Below, piece by piece: positions 59,934 to 64,000 of a DNA stretch of 64,000 nt. Source of the DNA: Bilabrum cf. latius. Its lineage: Eukaryota. Position numbers and translations under genes: made by a program. The stretch is taken from the NCBI GenBank assembly GCA_965178125.1, contig OZ237759.1, positions 62,001-126,000 of the forward strand, written 5' to 3'. The notes under the pieces are model-generated. The model had not been told where the DNA came from. It worked only from the letters and a program-made list of their open reading frames with translations, and did no database searches. How positions within the stretch are numbered: position 1 is the first letter of the stretch; every line of letters starts with the position of its first letter.

Positions 59934-62900
59934 TCAAGAAGCAGATACCTTGGATTTCTGCGCGCTGCTTCCTTCCGACGCTGCCCCACCGGAAGCTGAT
60001 GGCAGCGGATATCCCCTATCCACTCTCTCCTGCTCGTCCATCAAGTCCACGACAAGCGTATCATAGGAAGATCGCGCTGCTTGCATGGACGGATCAACGA
60101 GCGCAGCTCTGGCGAGGTCTATGCGTCGCACCCTCGAGTCCCAGCCGTCGCCGAGGAGGGCACCGCTGCTCTCGCGAGCTGAGCCACCCTAACCCCCCGC
60201 GCCCGCTCCAGCCGGGCCATCGCCATCCTCCATGGCGACTTGCCCCTTCACCCCGGCAGCACCTCCACTATTGCCTCCCGCTCCGGCAGCCGCTCCCTTG
60301 CTGCCCGCTCCCATTTCCACTTCCACCTCGTCCATCACCGCGTCCTGCTCTGGGCCTGCGGTGAATCCAGCCGCGGCCAGCAGACCGTCCAGCGACTCGC
60401 GCGCGTCCTCCCGCGACAGGAGACCCTGGCTGTACAATTTCCGCAGCTGCTGCGCCACGACTCCGTGCAGCCCTCCCCGCAGCGTGCTCACCCGGCTCTG
60501 CCACGCCCGGGCTGCGCGACGACCCACCGCGAGCACCACGGGGGACGCGCCCTCTGCACCCGGTCCCGGTCCCGACCCCGACCCCGATCCCGATCCCGCC
60601 GCTGCGCTCGCGCTCTGCCCCTGCCCACTGCCCTGTCCCTGACCCCTCCTCTGCGCCTCACACGCCTCCATGGCCTGCTGACCCCTCCGGGCCGCCCGCA
60701 GCAGCGCCCTCCCCGGCTCCAGCTCGGCCAGCATCCCCGGGGCCCATACCCGCAGGAACCACGAGGCCAAGGAACACGCCTCATCCGGCCGCTCCCCTTG
60801 GCTGAAGAAACCGCGAGTGGACGCGGCAGATGCTGCTGCTGGACTCTGCATGGGCCCGGCCCCGGCACCGGCCCCGGCACCGCCACTCTTGCCTGTCTTC
60901 CCAGTCTTGCTCGAAGCGATGGAGGCCCCTTCCCACGCAGTGCCGTCTGCCCCCGTGGGCGCGCCCCCTCCCGCTCCCTGCGCGTCAGCCTGCGTCCTTC
61001 CCACCATGCAGGCGTTGACCAGACGCACGGCGGTGGGCACCAGCACATGCAAGAAGCTTAGGCCAGCCTCCACGCGAGCGGGGCCTGGGCGCGATGACGA
61101 TGACGATGACGACGACGACGACGATGACGATGATGATGATGATGATGCCGCGCTCACCCCGCCCAGGGCCCCCTCAGTGCCCGACACTCCCAACACAGCG
61201 CCACCTCCGCCTCCCCACTCCTATTCGGCCCAGTCCCCCGGCACCCCCTTGGGTCGGAAGAGGGCCAGCAGCTCCCTCAGCTGAGAGACCTGCTGGTGCA
61301 GCTTGGGCAGCACGCACATGCGAGCCAGCACCAGGGAGGGCCCCACCGCGTGGGAGCCGGCCGCAGCGGCCATGGCCCGAAGGGCCTTCTCACCGGCGGG
61401 GAGATAGAAGGCGCGCAATGGAGCCTGCTGCTGCTGCGCGCCTACTCCAGAGGGCGAGCCCACAGGGGAGGCCCTATCGGCGTCCTCCCTGCCGGCGAGT
61501 CGGGCCGCCAGCAGCGCAGCCTCCCCTCCTTGGCCCAGCCTCGCCCGCGCCGCCTCCTCCTTCCTCCCCCTGGCCACCTCCGCGGCGGCCTGGAAGCCCC
61601 TGGTGGCCGCCGCCCGCTGCTCGATGTCCGCGAGCACGAAGAAGCGCTCCACCCGGCGCAGGCACAGCCACAGGGACGGTGGCGCGAAGTCGGTCGCAGG
61701 CACTGGAGCAGAGCCCGCCGCGCCGCCCGCACCCGATCGACCCGCGGGCTGCGTCGTTGGCGGGGCCCTGATTTCGTGTGCAGCGGCGGCGCCCAGCAGA
61801 AGGGCCAGCGGCCCCCCGAACGCGACCGCCTCCATCCTCAGTGCGGCTGCCCTCCGGCCCTTGGGAGTCCCCCTCAGCCTATCCCTGGGCTGGGAAAGGG
61901 CCCGGAGAGCGTTGATCGTCAGGATAGAGGCAGCCCTGGCCATGCGGGGGGAGGCCAGGAGGCACCGCGCGTGCCGCAGCGCGGCAGACCCGATGCCCCG
62001 CCCCGTGCCGGTTGCCTTGCCCCTGCCCAGCCTCTTCTCCGCGACCTGCTTGTCAGCCAGGAAGCACTGCACCAGCCCGTCCGCATGCACCGTGTACTGG
62101 TCCTGCGGCCCGTTGAATATCGCCGAGTTGTTCCTCATCAGCCGCACGTCCGCCTCGAGGTGGTCAAAGTCGCGGTACCGGCCCTTTTTCACGCCCGCCA
62201 TCAGAGTGGAGAGGTCCATCGGTCGCTTGACCACCTGCCGGTAACGATCGCACACAGCCGGCTGGTCCGCCACCAGCTCCAGCACTGGCCTGGAGAAGCT
62301 CCCGTGGGTGTCCCGCTTCCTCATCGCCTCGATGGCCCGCTCCATGGCGGCCCTGAGCTTGGCGCCGGCAGAGTCGCTGCCACCTCCACCACTTCCTCCT
62401 CCTCCTCCTCCCTCCGCCTCGGCCGCGCGCACCAGCTTGCCGAGCTGCAGCGCCGCCGCAGTGATGTGCTGCGCCTGCGGCTTGGGCCTGCTGGCCAGCT
62501 GCTCCACGGCAATGGCCAGCCCGAGGCAGGGGTCCTCCTTGGCCGAGGAGGGGTGCCCCTTGTCCTGCAGGTACAGGGGCAGCCAGGCACGGGCCGCGGC
62601 GTACACGGGGCTCCTGGTGGCCTCCCACGCCTCGACCAGCACCTGGAGAACAGCCGCCAGGAGGGCGGGGTGCTCGGTTGCAACCGGCAGCAGCGGCTTG
62701 AGCAGCGTGTCGCGCTCGCGAGGAGCACGGGCCGCGGCTCGTCGAGAGGCGGCCTGCGCGGCTGCAGTAGAAGCCCTGCGGCGAGGTGGAGGGACATAGA
62801 GGGGGTGTGGCGGCGATGCGGTTGCTCGTGTGGGTGAGGGGTTGGGAGACGGAGGGGACTGCAACCAGCGCGGCGCGGCATGGGCAGCTGTGGACGGCAC

Positions 62901-63632
62901 TCGCGGTGCAGGTGCTCACTGCGTGACGAGGTGCTCCTGATAAAAGGAGCCCAATGACTGCACCAATTTAGGGGTGCAGAGAGCCGGTTTCAACGCCTCC
63001 CCCACGATGCGGCGCACCGCGTCCGGGTGGGCGAGGAGCAGCCTCCTCCGGGCCAGGGGCGGGAGCTTCGCGAGAAGGTCTGAGCGCTTTGAGATGGCCT
63101 TTTGTAGGGAGCTGGGGAGAGAGTCAGTGGCAGTCAGCGGCGCTGAAGGCGGCAGCAATCGTTGCAGCAGCGCCCGCTCGGCCTGAATAGCTCGAGGCAG
63201 TCGCAGAGGCAACAGATATAGCAGCAGGGACATCACCACGGGCTCCTCTAGCGATGCCGCCTCTCTCTCAATAAATTTTGAGCATTCCGACGCGACCCCA
63301 GCCATAGCACGCTGGGCATCAATGCCAGCGTATGCCAGCAAGGGGACGCCGTCCGCCATGACTGGTCGTCTCGGCAACACGATCGGACCTGCTCTTTCTG
63401 CCAGTGCTCTCGGGCCTTCGCGCTGCACTATAGATCGAACATTTTCAAACAGACGCCTTCCCGCCAGAACCCCAGCCGGTGGGGCGCTGGGATCCACGGG
63501 CGGCTGTGGCACTCTCCGGACCTTTAGTTGTGAGGCATTAGAGGCCCTACCCGCCTTGCTTGTTTCCGAAGCAGCCGGCTTGGGGGGAACAGACCCCCCG
63601 GTCGCGTCCTGCGCAGCCCGGGGGGCCGCCAT
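59934..63632 (-). CDS. NELF-B/COBRA1-like protein with an internal bromodomain, ~1,180 aa
   Basis: Bromodomain FSRPV...YRQVVKRPMDLSTL...YRDFDHLEADVRLMRNNSAIFNG at ~62060-62360. Flanks resemble NELF-B (WEATRSPVYAAARAWL...EDPCLGLAIAVE). Intron 62776..62919. TAG at 61221 and 60189. Ends TGA. Confidence 0.7.
61094..61147. repeat. (GAT/GAC)n trinucleotide repeat encoding poly-Ser on the minus strand
   Basis: Directly visible within the NELF-B-like CDS. Confidence 0.9.
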
Positions 63633-63791
63633 TACGACGGCGGTCCGAGAAGCAGGGCGTGTTTAGCGGATTTGGGCATCGCCAACTTTGACTTCTATAG
63701 CGTGCAGTTTGGGATGAAATCGGATCAACCATTCGGAGCAGAAATAAACCGTTCTCTCGATTGCACTTCTTTCCAGGCAAGTATCACGCCA

Positions 63792-64000
63792 ATGCAGGCT
63801 CTTGCGGCAGCTGAATCAGCTGTACTTTCGCCAGAGGATGCAGACAGCTGCACATGCTGCACATGTAGCTTGAAATTTCCCAGCCATGACGAGGTACGGG
63901 CGCACTACCAAACAGAGTTGCACAAGTTTAACTCGAAGCGTCGTGGCGTGGGATAGCCACCGGTTACTGGGTAGGTCTTTGAAACGGCAAGACGGGCCGC
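63792..64000 (+). CDS. REI1/ZNF622-like C2H2 zinc-finger protein (60S maturation), 3'-partial
   Basis: TCCTCSLKFPSHDEVRAHYQTELHKFNSKRRGVG(TAG)PPVTG(TAG)VFE matches the Rei1-type N-terminal finger (CxxC...RxHY.T.WH.YNL.R.....PPV). TAG at 63954 and 63972. Confidence 0.75.

Noticed and set aside
4891-63791. Shared promoter motif (GATTTG/CAAATC-like) in divergent spacers
   Set aside because: It is seen in several spacers but is short and variably placed, and cannot be distinguished from chance without motif statistics.
1-64000. C-to-T damage, RIP-like mutation or sequencing error turning CAG into TAG
   Set aside because: Such a process should also turn CAA into TAA and CGA into TGA. Both codons are common here, yet no such in-frame stops were seen. 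Read-level data would close this completely.

Overview
Gene-dense eukaryotic nuclear DNA with GC-rich exons, short GT-AG introns and AT-richer intergenic spacers. It comes from a flagellated microbial eukaryote (CFAP298 and a CFAP52-like gene are present). The style is stramenopile-like, but the taxon cannot be established from this window. About 26 protein-coding genes are visible: MCM2, SNW1, PFDN2, 6PGL, UAP56, SUCLG1, a CDC48 paralog, eRF3, a CFAP52-like WD40 protein, an F-box/LRR-like protein, PSMB2, CFAP298, an isochorismatase, a Nudix hydrolase, PRPS, an SNF1-family kinase, a PqaA/AprA-family protein, a NELF-B-like protein, REI1/ZNF622 and several orphans. Main result: the standard-code ORF track fragments nearly every gene because the organism uses a variant nuclear genetic code. 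In-frame TAG codons (about 80 by manual count) interrupt essential genes and fall on conserved glutamine positions, while all my gene models end in TGA (21) or TAA (4), and I found no in-frame TAA or TGA. This indicates UAG=Gln with UAA/UGA retained as stops, a rare uncoupling of UAG from UAA. Secondary observations: a NELF-B-like protein with an internally inserted bromodomain, a ~3,800-aa anoctamin-like membrane protein, eRF3 itself carrying a recoded TAG, and head-to-head gene pairs whose ATGs are mostly ~150-160 bp apart. No rRNA, tRNA, CRISPR or mobile element was recognised. Homology calls come from recalled family motifs, not database searches. Exon boundaries were placed by hand.
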